NCBI RefSeq assembly: GCF_040938485.1
Contig: NW_027270924.1
Span: 682,001 to 746,000, forward strand
Source: Diadema antillarum
Lineage: Eukaryota
Direction of reading: 5' to 3'
DNA: 64,000 bases
Position numbers and translations under genes: made by a program. The notes below the pieces were generated by a model that was not told the origin of the DNA, did not search any database, and saw only the letters and a program-made list of their open reading frames with translations. Positions 1-13,900 of this stretch are shown here, in pieces. Position 1 is the stretch's first letter. Each line of letters begins with the position of its first letter.

Positions 1-2552
1 TACGAAAGTTCTCGGTTGATCTGACCGTCATTTCAATCACCAACTAACAAATTCCTTTAAATATGCTATCGTTATGTTATTTTGTCTTTTACTTTCTGTT
101 CCTTTCATATAATATATGCAAGAACATGTGGGACTGGTACTTAGTTTGAATGAAATGAAAATTTGAGCTCAAGAAAAGTTAGGATTCAATCTTATAACCA
201 CTGGCTGAAAGGTAGGCAATTTTCTATTTGCAAATAGATTTTTCTGTAAAACACAGGGTTATTGAATTTCATCCTTAAACATTGATTGTGAATTGGAACA
301 AATGGAGAACTGTATTAAAGCAAGAAATATTCACGGCATGAATTTTTTGCAACTTGGAGCCGCCATCATTTTCATGGCATTAAATTTTTATGAATTGCCG
401 ATGGCATCCAATCCATTATAGTATAGACAGGAACTTTCGTGTGCAGTGTGATTTCATGAATTTTGGCTCTCGCAAAATTCCTGAAATTAAAATGCATGCA
501 AAAATTTCTGATTTTTCAGTATACACTGTAGCTTTTATGTGTGCTATCAAACTTACTTTACCATCTGAGTGAGTCGAATGAAATTAATTTCCTATCTCGC
601 AGGTGTAATTGTCCATTGAGGACTTTCGCGAATGCAGTAACATTTAAGTACAGGAACAACTCTCTTTCCCCGCTAGCAGTTGGCAGTGTTTGAGTCAGAT
701 ATATAGTTTCTTTTAATAGTGCATTGCTAAGTTTTCAAGTCAATGGTCTGCACGATTGCCCTATCTCAAAGTTCCAATGACTCGTGTCTAGAAGGTAAAA
801 TGCAACACTGGAGGCAAAACTTATGAAATAATGCTTGACAAAAACTAATGCTGTCACTGCGGTGAGATTGGGTTATCCGAATGCATCTTATAATCATTAA
901 TTTATGTGTCATCCATTTTTTTTTCTTTTTTTGTATCTATGAAAGGGGAGGTGGATACTCCCGTAGCAAGATGTGTAACCTGTTATATGTGCAATAAGAA
1001 TGTATAGTTCTCGAGATGGCTGACAAGTATGTAATGGTATATAGTTAGATAATTTGTACATTTTGCTCTCAGTTATAGTCGAGTTTTAAATTCCAGCATC
1101 ATTTTTTCATTCAAGTCTTCCTATCGCTGTGTATTTCTCATCTTAAGTGCAGAGGTACTGCTTTTGTTTTGTTTGCTTTTCTTTCTTTTCTTTCTTCTGT
1201 GAGTGTGAGCTTTATCTTTGTGAATGTAAAGATTATTTTGATTGTCACGGGAAGAAACAGCTGTGAAGAGATACACTTTCACAATGTGAAAGGGCCTAGC
1301 CCAGGACTGTCAGGTCACTATGGTATATTTATTGCGTATATCCAAGATTTGAAATAGGGTGCATTTGTGCTCAATTTGCGATGGAAGAATCAGTGTTTTG
1401 AAACGCTGATCCAAAACGCCATTCACAGGGATACATCTTATCCTCAATTCTTTAGAGCTTGAGAAAAAGCTGATTAGCAAATATGCACTGCACATTGTTG
1501 AAAACTTTATATTAACCCCTTTTCTTGAGCGTATTTGATTTTGGGTTTATGCTTTCCCAGAACATGTCATCAGAAAAAATTGTTGATTGTAAACGTGATT
1601 TGAGTTTATGTTTCAGAGTAAGCATGATTAGAGAAAGTCACATATTGTAAATGCACCTTGTTGCTTATTTAGAAATGGCGTTTGTATCAGAATGTGTCAG
1701 GACACAGCCTTCTTTTGCACTAATCACATTTCAAAGCACCTATTGCCAGTATGGCCAAACAAAATCAAGGCATAAACACTCCCTTGGATTGATCAAGTCA
1801 TGCAGTCCCAACATTTGTAGAGAAGTTTGTATGCACAACATAGTGTGTCATCATCTCATTCTGGATGTGTATCAACAAAAACAAAACAAAACAAAACAAA
1901 TAGAAAAACAGGAAGAAATCCTCATTATACAATGTCTTGTATCACCACACTGTAGATCACTTTGTCTTCTTTTGCTCTTTTTTTTTAAAACGGAAAAACT
2001 TCTATTCAGTTTATGTTAGTTATGAATTTGAGCACATATTATTGATGTTTATGCAATCTGGCTTTGTTTTGTTTTTTCCTCAAGAACATATGTGATGCAT
2101 CATTATGAAAACCATATGATGTCAAGAAAATGGTAACAATTTTTTTTTTTTGGTGGATTTTGACAGATATGAAGTTGTTAGATGCTAAAGCTCTAATTTG
2201 ATGTATTGTTCATCCCTAATTCTTTGCAAGGAAAATGTTTTTAAAAAAGAACTAAATCATATGAAAACTGTAAGAGTTGTATTGCCAAAGTCGGCTTTAC
2301 ATGCAGTTATCATCCCTTTTATGATCTCCGACTTTCTACGGGTAACATGATGACGCACCACATATGACTGTATGATCCCATCTATTTATGAGAATGCAAG
2401 GTTGACCAGCTGAAAAGTGGAAAGTAGACAGAGATATCCAGGGAGGCATGGTGCATTACTACACATCATGCGAAACATAGATTGGCCTTCTGGAAGAATA
2501 AAGATGAGATGTGTTTCTGTTAAACAGTATCCACTATTTCACTATTCATTAA

Positions 2553-2637
2553 CCCTTTGAAGACCAGCCCCAAGTATACTCGGGCAGGTGCCTATGGGAT
2601 ATGTGTGTTATAGCAAAATCAGCTTGACCTCAACGGG
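2553..2637. mobile_element. 85-bp TTAA-flanked mini-element (piggyBac-like ends); second copy at 16810..16895
   Basis: TTAA-CCC…GGG-TTAA; shared core gagtat…gcaggtg.ctatggga.atg…tagcaaa…ctcaacgggtt. Confidence 0.6.
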
Positions 2638-5569
2638 TTAATGCACTGACATTACACTTTCACCAGCGAATGCAATCATCAATTGTACAAGGCTCACATG
2701 AACCCCAGAAGACTTTTAATGCAGCTTCTTCCAGCCATTTATATCTTGAGCCGTAGTGGCAGTAGACAACTTGAAGCAGGGTGATGAATCACTAAATACA
2801 GTTTTGTGTCATGTTTTGTTTTGTTTTGTTTGTTTTTACATTTGAAGATTGGCGCAAGCAAACATGCAAAAGACAATTGCTTGAGGAGAGACATGTTCAT
2901 CCAAGATTTTTCTTTTTTCGAGGTAGCATATTCATGCCCGAGATGTTGAATTGAATCTGGTTTTGTTCTTGTTTTTTGCCACAGTACCTTCCGTGTGTGT
3001 GAGTTTGTTTGTCTGCAAGAGGGTCACAGCGAGACCGTTGGGTTTGGTCCAATGGTCACTGAAGTCATTTGCAACTACCTGAAAAGTGAGAAATCTTGTC
3101 AAAATCAACATTGGGACAATTTGGTGTGAAAAAATAATGCAGCAATATATGTCAATGCAAGATAAGAATGAAGTGGGGCATGTTTAGGTGATCCTTTTTT
3201 GCTTTCTTTCTACTTCTCTTTCTTCTTTTTCCTTTTTTCAATGTTCCCGGTTTGGCTCATCATCCAAACCCCCGTGACTCAGCCATGAATGCCAGGCAGC
3301 GTGTTTGAGAATGTTGAAATATGCAGTACTACTACGAGTGTGAGAATACCATGCTAAAAAACAAGCGAGGAGAAATAATGTACAGTGTATCATAGTTTGT
3401 CATAAAGTATTTGTTGATTTACGAAGAATGCTGGAGCAGTGCTAGCTAGTTTTTCCCCTCTGCCTCCTGTTCACCTTTTCGCACAGGCTTTGGTCGATGT
3501 TGTTTTAGCTTTTTGTTTTTCTCTCGTGTGTAAATATTCAAGGTGTCGATATATTTATTCACTTTAAATTAAGCAAACTCCACCCCACCCCTGTTTACAG
3601 CTCAGATCACCCATGTAAATCATTTGAGTCAATCCATGTTGTTGTATCTTTTTTTTAAAATGCTGCATGCTGGTATCAGCAGCCTGTTTACATAATGTAA
3701 TGTTGTAATGAAGTCATCTCTCTGTAATTTGAGAGAAGATTACATTTTCTATCTTGTTTCTTCTGCTTTCTCTCCTGTCTGTTTTTTTTTTCTGTCTTTT
3801 TTTTATTTAATATATGCCAACATATGTGAAGCACTCCATAAAGTGACAAGTCCAGTTTTGCTCTTATTCCCAGACATTTCAGAAATTGAAATCCTAAAGT
3901 CAGAATGAATATAGAGTGATGTAGCACTTTATTTAGCAGTCACATTAGAGGAGAATGTTCGGCTTACTAGACTCGCCTTATATTCCATGTATGCAAAATC
4001 TAACTTGGCAGTCCATGAGAGTAGTGCAACTGACAGCAACCAACCGATGAATGCAGTAGCTAAATTGGACAAATTAATATGAGATTGTTAGTCCTTATGT
4101 TCAGCATTTCCCTGGTGTCTTAAAAGAGTGGTCCAGGTGACAATAGTGTCATGCTTTCTTTTGCGATAACTGCAATTTTGATTTGTCCTGGAATTGCTAG
4201 TAATCTCATGCTTTCTCTGTTGTGCTGCTCAAGGCTAGTCAAAGATATCTTTTCGTACATCCTTTAAGGAGAGGGGAAGGATTTCTCCCAAACAATTCAA
4301 GGAATATATCAGTCATTTTTCATTCATGATAGATGTCTGTAATGCGCAGATGATACCACATTCACACGACCAAAGCACTTGTATAGGATCTACAGTGCCA
4401 TCTGTGAGACGACATATATGAAGATTCAAAACATGGAACTTGTTCATTTTTTTAAATTACTGTCCGATTTTGTGCCAACTCTTCCCAATCTGTTATCTTT
4501 TCAGATTTCCCTTGAAAATTGTGTTTTCATGAGCTAAATATAATTTGTTGGTATTCTCAGCAGCATAGCATTATTTAAAAACAGTAGTATTCAACATCAT
4601 GGTCGTAATGCACTCCTATTCATCGTAGACATCATGCATCATTTATCCTTTTTTATTCAAAGGTCTGTTATCAGTAACAGTCACACTGTGCCCGCCAAAA
4701 CAAAAGTCCATGAAATACTGAAGTATTAGTATTAATATGATAAAAAGAATGGTAACTTTCACACAGAGCAAGGAGAAAGAGATGAATTAAGAACTCCCGT
4801 TCTTGTATGTGGATAGGTTCACGGGAATATATTAGATAGGCATTTTTCCTGCTGCCGTGCCACATTCGCATGCCATTTTTTCCTGTGTCAACACATGGAA
4901 TATCTGCAACCAAAAGGGGAAAATGTTCTTGTTGTTAAAGGTGGAATGATAATGCCATCATGGAACCATAACTTGTCTCCATGGTTACACAGTTTAAATC
5001 TTATCCATGTTTTCATTTGAATGCAACATCCTTGAGATTTGTGTCTTTTTTTTTTTTTTTTTTTTTACTTGTGACAAGAGAACAGTGTTTAGTAAATTTG
5101 CTTGCCGTCGCAAACTCATCCCAGTCAATTTTCCCTGCGCAGTTCACACAAAGTGCAAGTGTGTAGGAAATTGAAAGATGGAAATGTTCATCATGGATTT
5201 TATAGTACGTTTAGGACTCAAGATTGATGAATAGCAGTGTGTCCCTATGAAGTCTAAAGGCAATGAGAAAAATTGGACAGATGGGACCATTAGATTACAG
5301 CCTGAAACAAGATGAAATCACACTTTGTAATATGATTGTGTAATGTAACATTATTTGTAAGAGATGAAAATGTGAATGATCACATTAAAAATTCAACAGT
5401 ATTTCTAACTTCTCATGAGTGACTTCGTGTTTATTATGTATACCTGTCTCGTTTTCTTAATGTGTATATGTGTGTTTGTGTGTTTGTGTATTTAGTTCAG
5501 TTTCTACTTGTTTACTCAAGTCAGCTGAATGCAATTCTTCAGTGTGGCTGTACAGATGTTTACCAAGTA

Positions 5570-5571
<2 letters not shown>

Positions 5572-5641
<70 letters not shown>
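5572..5641. repeat. (TG)n microsatellite
   Basis: Direct reading. Confidence 0.95.
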
Positions 5642-5643
<2 letters not shown>

Positions 5644-6044
5644 TGTATCTGTATTCAACTCCCTATATTCAGAATATAGTTTTGTGCCGCAAATATGCAA
5701 ACTTTATTACCAACAATATTCTATATATTCACACCATCTTGTGGTGGTGACATTGATGATGATAATGATGGATTGAAGAAGGAAACTAATCTTTTATATT
5801 GTATGAATCATAAATGCGTGAATACAGGGCTTGACATCAGCAGGTGCCCTGTGACCCCCGGGTCGCCCAAATTTTGGTCCTGGAATCAACCTTCGAAGTA
5901 ACAATGGGGAAATCTTTCTTGACCTCCGTAGGTCAATGACAGCTAAACAAAAAGTTTAGAATAAAAAAAAAAAGACAAGAATAATCGCCTAATAAAGAAT
6001 CCAAGACTGCTGCCTTTTCATGGCGATATCAGAGCAATCAGATA

Positions 6045-6364
6045 TAGTCAGGTCGCTTAGTGAAAAGCTTACTTTACTCCCTCAGATACATAGATACTGA
6101 GTTATTTTCATGGCATGAAATTTTCGTGACTTGGAGCCGACAGTCTTTTTTGCAGTATGAAATTTCTGCGAATTGCTTTTGCGAAATTTTTATGCCCGCA
6201 AAATTTTCTGCAAAATGAAATTCAGCATTTATACCATGAAATATTTTGCAGAGCTCCTACTCAAATATCAGTAAGTAGGTCCTGAGGAGTCATCTCTCCA
6301 AATTTGGTGCTTTTATCCGCCGTGTAACGGTAATCTCAAAATTTGACGTTAAGCGACCTGACTA
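6045..6364. mobile_element. TIR element with TAG…CTA termini (possibly Academ-like), with a nested MITE fragment
   Basis: Perfect 15-bp IR TAGTCAGGTCGCTTA / TAAGCGACCTGACTA; no clear TSD. Confidence 0.45.
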
Positions 6365-6770
6365 ATGACCCTTTGGTCTATCAGAGGACACTGAACACAG
6401 TAAACGACTTTTCAAATATCCAGAAATCACAAATTAATGCATCAAAGTGTCTCCCTTTCCAAAGTGGCTCCTCCAAAATCCATCATTTTTCTATTGAACT
6501 ATTGGAAATCCTGTCTAAACAGGATACTTCCTCATTTCTTCAACAAACAACGTTAGAAAAAAATACGGTACCGGTACTCACTAAATGGAACCGCATACAT
6601 ATGCAAAATATAAGCATACTGCCCCCCGCTGGTGGGTCAAGTTCTCCCTAAAATGGACGCACCTCAACATCTTTTTACTTTTCACCACAAGAAATAACAA
6701 AATTATAATTATATATACAGATCGTCACATATCCGTTTATTGAGCCGAACTGACTGCTATATCACTTTAC

Positions 6771-7150
6771 CAGGGATGAGTCAAAAGATTTTTATGAGTG
6801 AGATTTTCATGACTCGGCATCTCGACGAGCAAATGTGCGCGCGAGCGAGGGTGCGGGAGGGGTTTTTCCCCCTTTTGCCTCCCACGGTAGGGAGCTTTTT
6901 CAATTCTTAGCTCTTAATGGTGTGATCAGGTGCATACTTAGGTGAATATCTTTTACTTATTTTGAAAGACAAAAGGAAAATATACCTTCAGTTGCAACTA
7001 TCACTCTAATCCTTTGAGCTATGCTCCTTATTATAGGCCCAAGTTGTAGGCTTCGCCCAATGCGTGAGAAAAATGGGTGCCATGCGTGAGATCGTGAGAC
7101 GGCCCCAAAATGCTTGAGTCTCACGCAGAATGTGTGAGACTTGGTAGCTC
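6771..7150. mobile_element. hAT-like MITE remnant related at its right end to 49206..49383
   Basis: Ends tgtgagacttggtagctctg (compare tgagtgagagttggcagccctg); left end degenerate (cagggatgagtc). Confidence 0.45.
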
Positions 7151-7925
7151 TGCTTTACTTGACTTGGATACTGTAGCAAAATATATCTATACATGTACGC
7201 GATAGCTATAGGGGGCCTATACCGGAACAGTCATTATTTTTATAGACTCTCTGAGTACATTACAGGCTTTAAAGAAAGCAACAAAAAAAAAAAAAAAAAA
7301 GGGGGAAAAAAAAGGAGTTAACTTGATTCACAAAATCTTGGTAATGTGCTCATCTGCATTGCCACTGAGTAAATATTCATTTTAAACTGGATCCTACACT
7401 GTGTGATCACAGGGACAGCTGTACCACAGAACTGTACACGTGTATAGCAGGGAGAAGCTAAATATGTAACAAGTTAATGTTCTGAATAAATCAAGTGAAG
7501 AAACTTAAATTATTTTGATATTTTATATTTTAACGAAAATGGCAAAAACGTTGGGAAAAATCACACTGCCAGTTGAAATGTATGCTAAAAAGTGTTCTAG
7601 AATCCATGAAATGAATGATGAATGTAAACTACAGGACTCGAGCTTTAGATATGCGACGCGAACGCCAAGACGACGCTAATTAGGCCAAAAATAGCGTTCT
7701 TATTACACATGCGCGAGACAGAGCTCTGTATATTCATATCCAGTCCGGAAGACTGCGTCGTTCGCGTCACAGAGTGGTCATGTACAATGTAGAGTACAAT
7801 TGTACGTCTGGTGACGCTGTACAAGAGTATTCACGCTTAATTCGTCAATTTTAAGTTTAAATCATATTTTGACTTTACACAGTGTCCAGATCTTCATAGC
7901 AATTAATGATTACCAAGGAGACGCC

Positions 7926-7997
7926 ATGGGTTATTCTAATAAATTAACTGAAGAAGAAGAGATGCTGCAGAAGAAATTTGCCAAGCTTCGAAAGAAG
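7926..7997 (+). CDS. NELFE: NELFE coding exon 1 (MGYSNKLTEEEEMLQKKFAKLRKK)
   Basis: gccATGg start context; donor AAG|gtaaaa; phase 0. Confidence 0.9.
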
Positions 7998-10900
7998 GTA
8001 AAAACTGTGTGGTCCCACACTATTATATCGCTGTAAAGTGTACTGACTAGTACCGTGTAGTTCGTGGTAAATAATAATAGATAGGTCTAGTCTACTAACA
8101 GTTACATTTATGCATTTGTGCATGACATCTAAAAGTATGGTCTGTCTAGTTCAAAAATCAATGCCTGGAATTTCTCCTTTGACTTTGACATTTCCTGTAG
8201 GGCCAGATTGTGATTATAGTTTGATAATAGTCATTTTAATTTTAATTTTGTATCTTTAAAATACTTTCATTTAATTTTCTATCTAGAACTATTTTATCTA
8301 GACCATAGTCTAGAGTTCTAGTATCTTAGTTTAGTTGTTACAACACTGAATATCTTCTGCCAATCAGGTGGTTATGAATCATTCATGAGAAAAGAGATGT
8401 GTTAAGATTGCTCATTTGACTTTTACTCCAGAAAAAGGCAATACAGCAGCTGAGGCAAAGTAAATCCAACCCACAAACTCCAACAACTCCCCAACCCACA
8501 GCAACTAAAAGAGGTAAGTATGAATTTATTGAAAGGGGTAATGAAGAGGTATTATTAAGAGGAATGGTTAAATGAATGAATGAATGAATGAGGTAAGTGT
8601 TGCCACTAAAGTAAAAATCTATAAAGATTTTGTGTAGGCTGTAATCATTTTTGCTTGCAGGCTGATTAAATTTCAGTTCTAAAGATGTGAAAGCTCCCTT
8701 GTGTCCTGGTGTGTGGGAAGGGAATGGACTGTATTAGTACAGCACAGGGAAGATGCACATGGCAAAAAAGAGGTGACAGATACCACAAATTCAGCCAGTC
8801 ACACTGTCTGAATATTCATTTTTTCTTACTTTATGACTGAAAATTTTCTTGTAGTTCCCCAAATAGAAACTAGTACATACCAGATCATTGTATCAATTCT
8901 TAAAGTACAAAAGCTCCACACCTTTCCCCCTTGTCTTGGCCTTGGTCCATCTCCATAGACTTCATAATATATACAGTGAAGATGCACATGTGGAAAAAGA
9001 GGTGACAGATATTACAACTTTGCCATTTGCAATACCCTGGAATATTAATTTTTCTTACTTTTTGTTGAAAATTTTTCCAAACATTTCCCCCAAAAGTGTG
9101 CATTTAAATATAGATCGTTGAGTTTTAGTTTTAAGAATGCATAATCTCCCTCATATAGGAGGGTGATACCCCCTCACACACCTTCTCCCTGCTCAGTTGC
9201 TTCACTCACTCACTGGANNNNNNNNNNNNNNNNNNNNNNNNNNNNNNNNNNNNNNNNNNNNNNNNNNNNNNNNNNNNNNNNNNNNNNNNNNNNNNNNNNN
9301 NNNNNNNNNNNNNNNNNNNNNNNNNNNNNNNNNNNNNNNNNNNNNNNNNNNNNNNNNTGAACATAATTATTCTTGTTCCCTTAGAAAAATATTCCTGCAT
9401 ATGGTCATGTCTGTGACTTATACAAATTTAGCTAATGCTGTCCTACATTCTGAATGAGAACATGTTTATAAATAACTGGTCTTGAATTGTTACAACTAAG
9501 TGAAAATTGACCGATGTCTAAATAATCTAGCACTCTCATCAATTGGGTGGTGAGTTGGCTCAGTCGGTAGCGCATCTGCCGCACGATCCAAAGGACCCGG
9601 GTTTGAACCTGAGTCTGGACTGAGCAATGTTTTGTGTAATCATACCGTCCCCTCTGGCAAGAGGCAAAACACTCTGTCCCTCGGATAGGACATAAAATGG
9701 AGGTCCCTTGTGTGAGAGAGTCACAACTCATGCATGTAAAAGATCCCGCTCCATTCATTCATCGCAAAGAGCAGGGTGTTTAACCCGGTGAAGTGGACCT
9801 GCCTCACATTCAACTGGACCCCATGGAAGACCAGCTTTGCATAGCTGAATACGGGCTTTCCAGCCATCTTCTCAGATGGAAAAATGAACAAACAAAATTG
9901 ATAATCATTGAAATGGGACCTGTAAGTAAACTGAAATGCAGCTTACTTCTCAAATTTTTTATTTTTCCTGGTCTGTTGCTTTGCTTCCATGGCTCTAGAT
10001 TCTATTGCTTTCGCAAATCAAAATGTTTGCATGTGTCACATGAAGGTTGACTGTAAAATGGTTGTTTCTTAATGCTAGTTTCAAATGAAGAGTAAAAGAG
10101 TATAGTATGGTATCCAAAGAAAGAGAGACAATTTAGGAGGATATTTACGACAATTATGTCTTGTTACTCTAATTTCTGCAGATAAGAACAAACTTTGTAA
10201 CTCAAAGAACGAATTTATCATTTTGCAGACTGAGCCCTCTCAGATGTTGCACTATGTTTGTGGAATCAGTTCTGTGTTCGTATCTGTTCCATGCAAACAT
10301 TGGATTCTTTCAAAGCTAACCTGAAAAACAGTCCTTTTCACAAAAGCATACACCACACAGCTGACACAAGTTTGTAATTGTCTGTAGCATATTGCATTAG
10401 TTCTCCTTGTCCTCCTATTTCATAATGTGCCTCAGAATAATTTAACTATGGGTAGATGGTGCAGTAGAGATGCCTATTTTTGTTATGATTATGATTTTTA
10501 TCTTGTGTGTGTGTGTTTATTTGTGTCTTGGAAATGTCATCTGAAAATTTTGTTTCCCTTTTCCCGTCCCTTTCTCAACAGCTGCTGAAACAAGCAAAGA
10601 GGATGCCAGGGAATTGGCTAAAAAGATCCTTGCTGCCCAGGTATGTGTTTACTCTTTAAATGCCACTTTAGCACACCTGACTCAGTCAATGGTGTGCAAA
10701 GTTTGCGTATTTTGCTCAATCACTCAAACCTGCCCGTTTAAAACCTATCAGTAAATTGCAAAATGCTGCATTACAATGGAAGCCTCACTTGTGATTCTCT
10801 TCCTCTCACTTGCAGCTTGCATTGAGTGGTGATTGAATATCAAATGGCGTTTCCTATTGGATTTGTGAGTAAATTCTGAATTTCTGCCCCTGTTTTGTGT

Positions 10901-13900
10901 GCCTGAAGGATTATAGCAGCTACTGGTAATTTCAAAGAAAGATACTGTGTAAGCTGTTATTTTTTTTTGCGAGGGTTTAATTTTCGCGAATTTTGCGAAT
11001 CTCAGTTGGATCGTGAATTTTACAACATGCTCAAATGTCTCCTTGCACTTTGTTATAATAGAGCATTAACGTAAGTGTCGGTGTCGATTCGGGAAAACAA
11101 TATCTCGCAAAAATGTCTATGACCTCGTCATTGGCGAAAATATCTGTACGCGAAAATAACAGCATATACAGTGAACATAGATTTGTCATAAAGTTTACAT
11201 CATATCAAAGCTTGGCATTTTCTCTACAACTTTGCTCTTTGCATGTCCAGGTAACAAAAATCTATAAAAAGTTACATAGATCTGAAAAACCAAAGCATGC
11301 CTATGATGCAGTCTTAAAATAATGTGGCACACAGGGGGTTTACACTGTGGCGCATAAAGAGTTGATTCTCGAGAAATGTGAAGTGTGTGATCAAATCAAA
11401 TCAAGTTTGAAGTTGGAATACCTGAGTAAAAAGAAGACTTCATGCAGAACCATTTATCAACAGGATCATGTGGTTATCCCCGACTATTAATGCAATTTCA
11501 AAATGCATGTGAGCTGTAGTATCAAATGTTTGCACATAGGAATTGATTTTGGGATGCATTTGTAGTACTTTTCAGCTTGTTGATGATGAGAAATCTCTGT
11601 TCATTAAAATTATTCATCTTATTGGAATAAAAACAAATTATACACAATGTACAAACCAAGGAACTATGCATTTTTATTGTTCTCAATCAGCAAGCAAAGC
11701 AGACAAAGCAAGAAAATAAAGAAAAAGGCTTCAAGAGATCTCGCAATCTTGAAAAGAGGCTTCGTGATCCAGACAAGTCCAGTGGAGCTCCAGCATATCA
11801 ACCTTTCAATGCCTCGGGGTCAAGTCCTCGGGGGTCAGATGACCATTCCTCTTCATCAGGGGGAGATATGAAGAAACACAAGGGACTATATGACAGGTAA
11901 AAAAATAGAAAAGTCCTGCTATTACCATGAAATATCACCTCAATGAATTTTTCTTCAGTTTGAACGTGTGTGTGTTTTCCACTTTTTAAATTTAGTTTTC
12001 ATTATTATTATTATTTTTTGTTTACTGCAGTTTCATAGGATGGAGCAGCTGGTCGTTATTTGGTGTGCGAAAAATAGTATACAAATAATGAATGTTTGTG
12101 AGTGCAATGGACAGAATATTTCATGGGGTGAAAGATGAAATGATCCATTCAACGAGGCGCAGCCAAGTTGAATGGATCAAACATTTCATCTTTGACCAAA
12201 TAAAATATTCTGTCCATTTCACAAATGAAAAACATTTATTATTTGTTCTATATAACGCCTAAAATGGATCCTTGTCATTTGACGTATTATTGATTTAGAA
12301 ACAAGAGAGAATCTGAGCGCTTTCCGCTATCGCGCTGTAGCATACACACTGCAAACGCAAGTGTTTTACACGCGTAGTGTGCCGGGCTCTCAGCGAGCGT
12401 GCAATGGATCGTATGGATCCAAAATTGCACGGTTAATGGAGCCACAATTGCACGGATGATGACGTCATAGTGAAATGGACCGAATGATCAATGTCAAACA
12501 ACCAATCAAATGACAAGGAACTCTTCAGGCGTTATATAATAGGTGATTAAGATTTCCAGATTCACCTTTGATGCTTAAGTGCTTACTGTTTGAAAGGATA
12601 TGGTGATTTGATGATTTTATGCAGTCACACCCAAGTGTGACTGCTTCTTGTTATTAAAGCAGTCTGATCTTTTGTTAGTTAGTTTGAATAGTAAGTTAGT
12701 TAGTTTATTTGTGTGTTTGTTTGTTGTTGTTGTTGTTGTTGTTGGGTGTTTTTTTTTTTTTTGGGGGGGGGGGAGGGGCTGTACAGCACACTGTGTTAAA
12801 TATTTCAAATCAATCAGATGAGATCCTGCTGGAGTAGACATTCATGTTGTAGTTGTCTATGCCTTTGATAGTGAATTTCCTTCCTGCTTTCCCAACTAAG
12901 AATTTACTTTGATATCACATGCTCACATTTAGAAGCCGTCACCTGCAAGCACTCACAATTGCAAGCAGCTTTTATTGAAAGATGCCATTAGATGGTAGAA
13001 TGACAGTTACCCAGATTTTGCCTGAACCACCCTCTGGTTTGGCGTTGAAAATGAAGGAAATCACTCCTATAAACCACTTGATATTTTGTTTCACTGCCAT
13101 GGCATTTTACAGTTTTCTGAAAATTAAGATCAAAGTTTTGCTGTTAACCCTGAATATGGGATGATAATACCCATTTAATACCACACAATCTGTTATTATC
13201 AAGTTTAGATAAGCCCTTTTTTTGTCATAAGACTCCCATATATTTTCACAAACCACAGCTGTTTATCTAAAAGATTGGGTGCTCTGAAATTTTATTCACA
13301 GATGTATTATTCTATTGGATAATACAGACACATTTGCTATTTTTCCGGTTATTCTCACACAGATTTGTCAGCAAAGGGACGTTGGAAGATGAAAAGCGAG
13401 AATCCAGTGAGTTATCTAATAGATATGTGACACACTTGTAGTGAGTAAAAGATAATAAGATTTTTATTGTAGGTAACTCCTCAAGACCAAGGTCCATCCT
13501 TTGTAAAAAAAAAATTCAGTTTACAGTCTATGTTGCAGTTATCATGTAACCCAAGAACTTGTCATTATGATCAAACCGGGATGTGCGGTTGTACATATTA
13601 TTCTGTGTATCTGTTGATGTATACCAAAGAATGATATGGACATTTTAAATGAAGCAAAATTAGATGATCAGCAGGAACTTTTCACCATTGTTATCTTCTT
13701 GAGGGTGTAGGGCAATTACCCCCTGGGTAATTAACTCGGACACTTTGACCGTAACCCTAATCCTAATCCTGAACCTAATCCTGACCTTAAGCCAAATTCT
13801 AACCCTAATTTTTACTCTAACCTTATCACTACTGGGGGGGGGGGGGGGGGGGAGTGGTTATTGCCCTGATATGCTTCTTGCATCTGCAATCCTGTGAGGG

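Noticed and set aside
5462-5776. ORFs with VC/CV, RPSV, TDGR, poly-C or X runs (also 28064, 36510, 36696, 52824, 53082 and the gap-spanning ORFs)
   Set aside because: Artefacts of microsatellites or N gaps.
8741-9070. Local ~90-bp duplication in NELFE intron 2 (8741.. versus 8971..) as duplicated exons
   Set aside because: No consistent splice sites or frame, and not needed for the protein; ordinary intronic duplication.
9545-9620. Possible tRNA gene
   Set aside because: A/B boxes are present, but there is no closing acceptor stem and the sequence runs on into a Deu domain and tail, so it is a SINE head.
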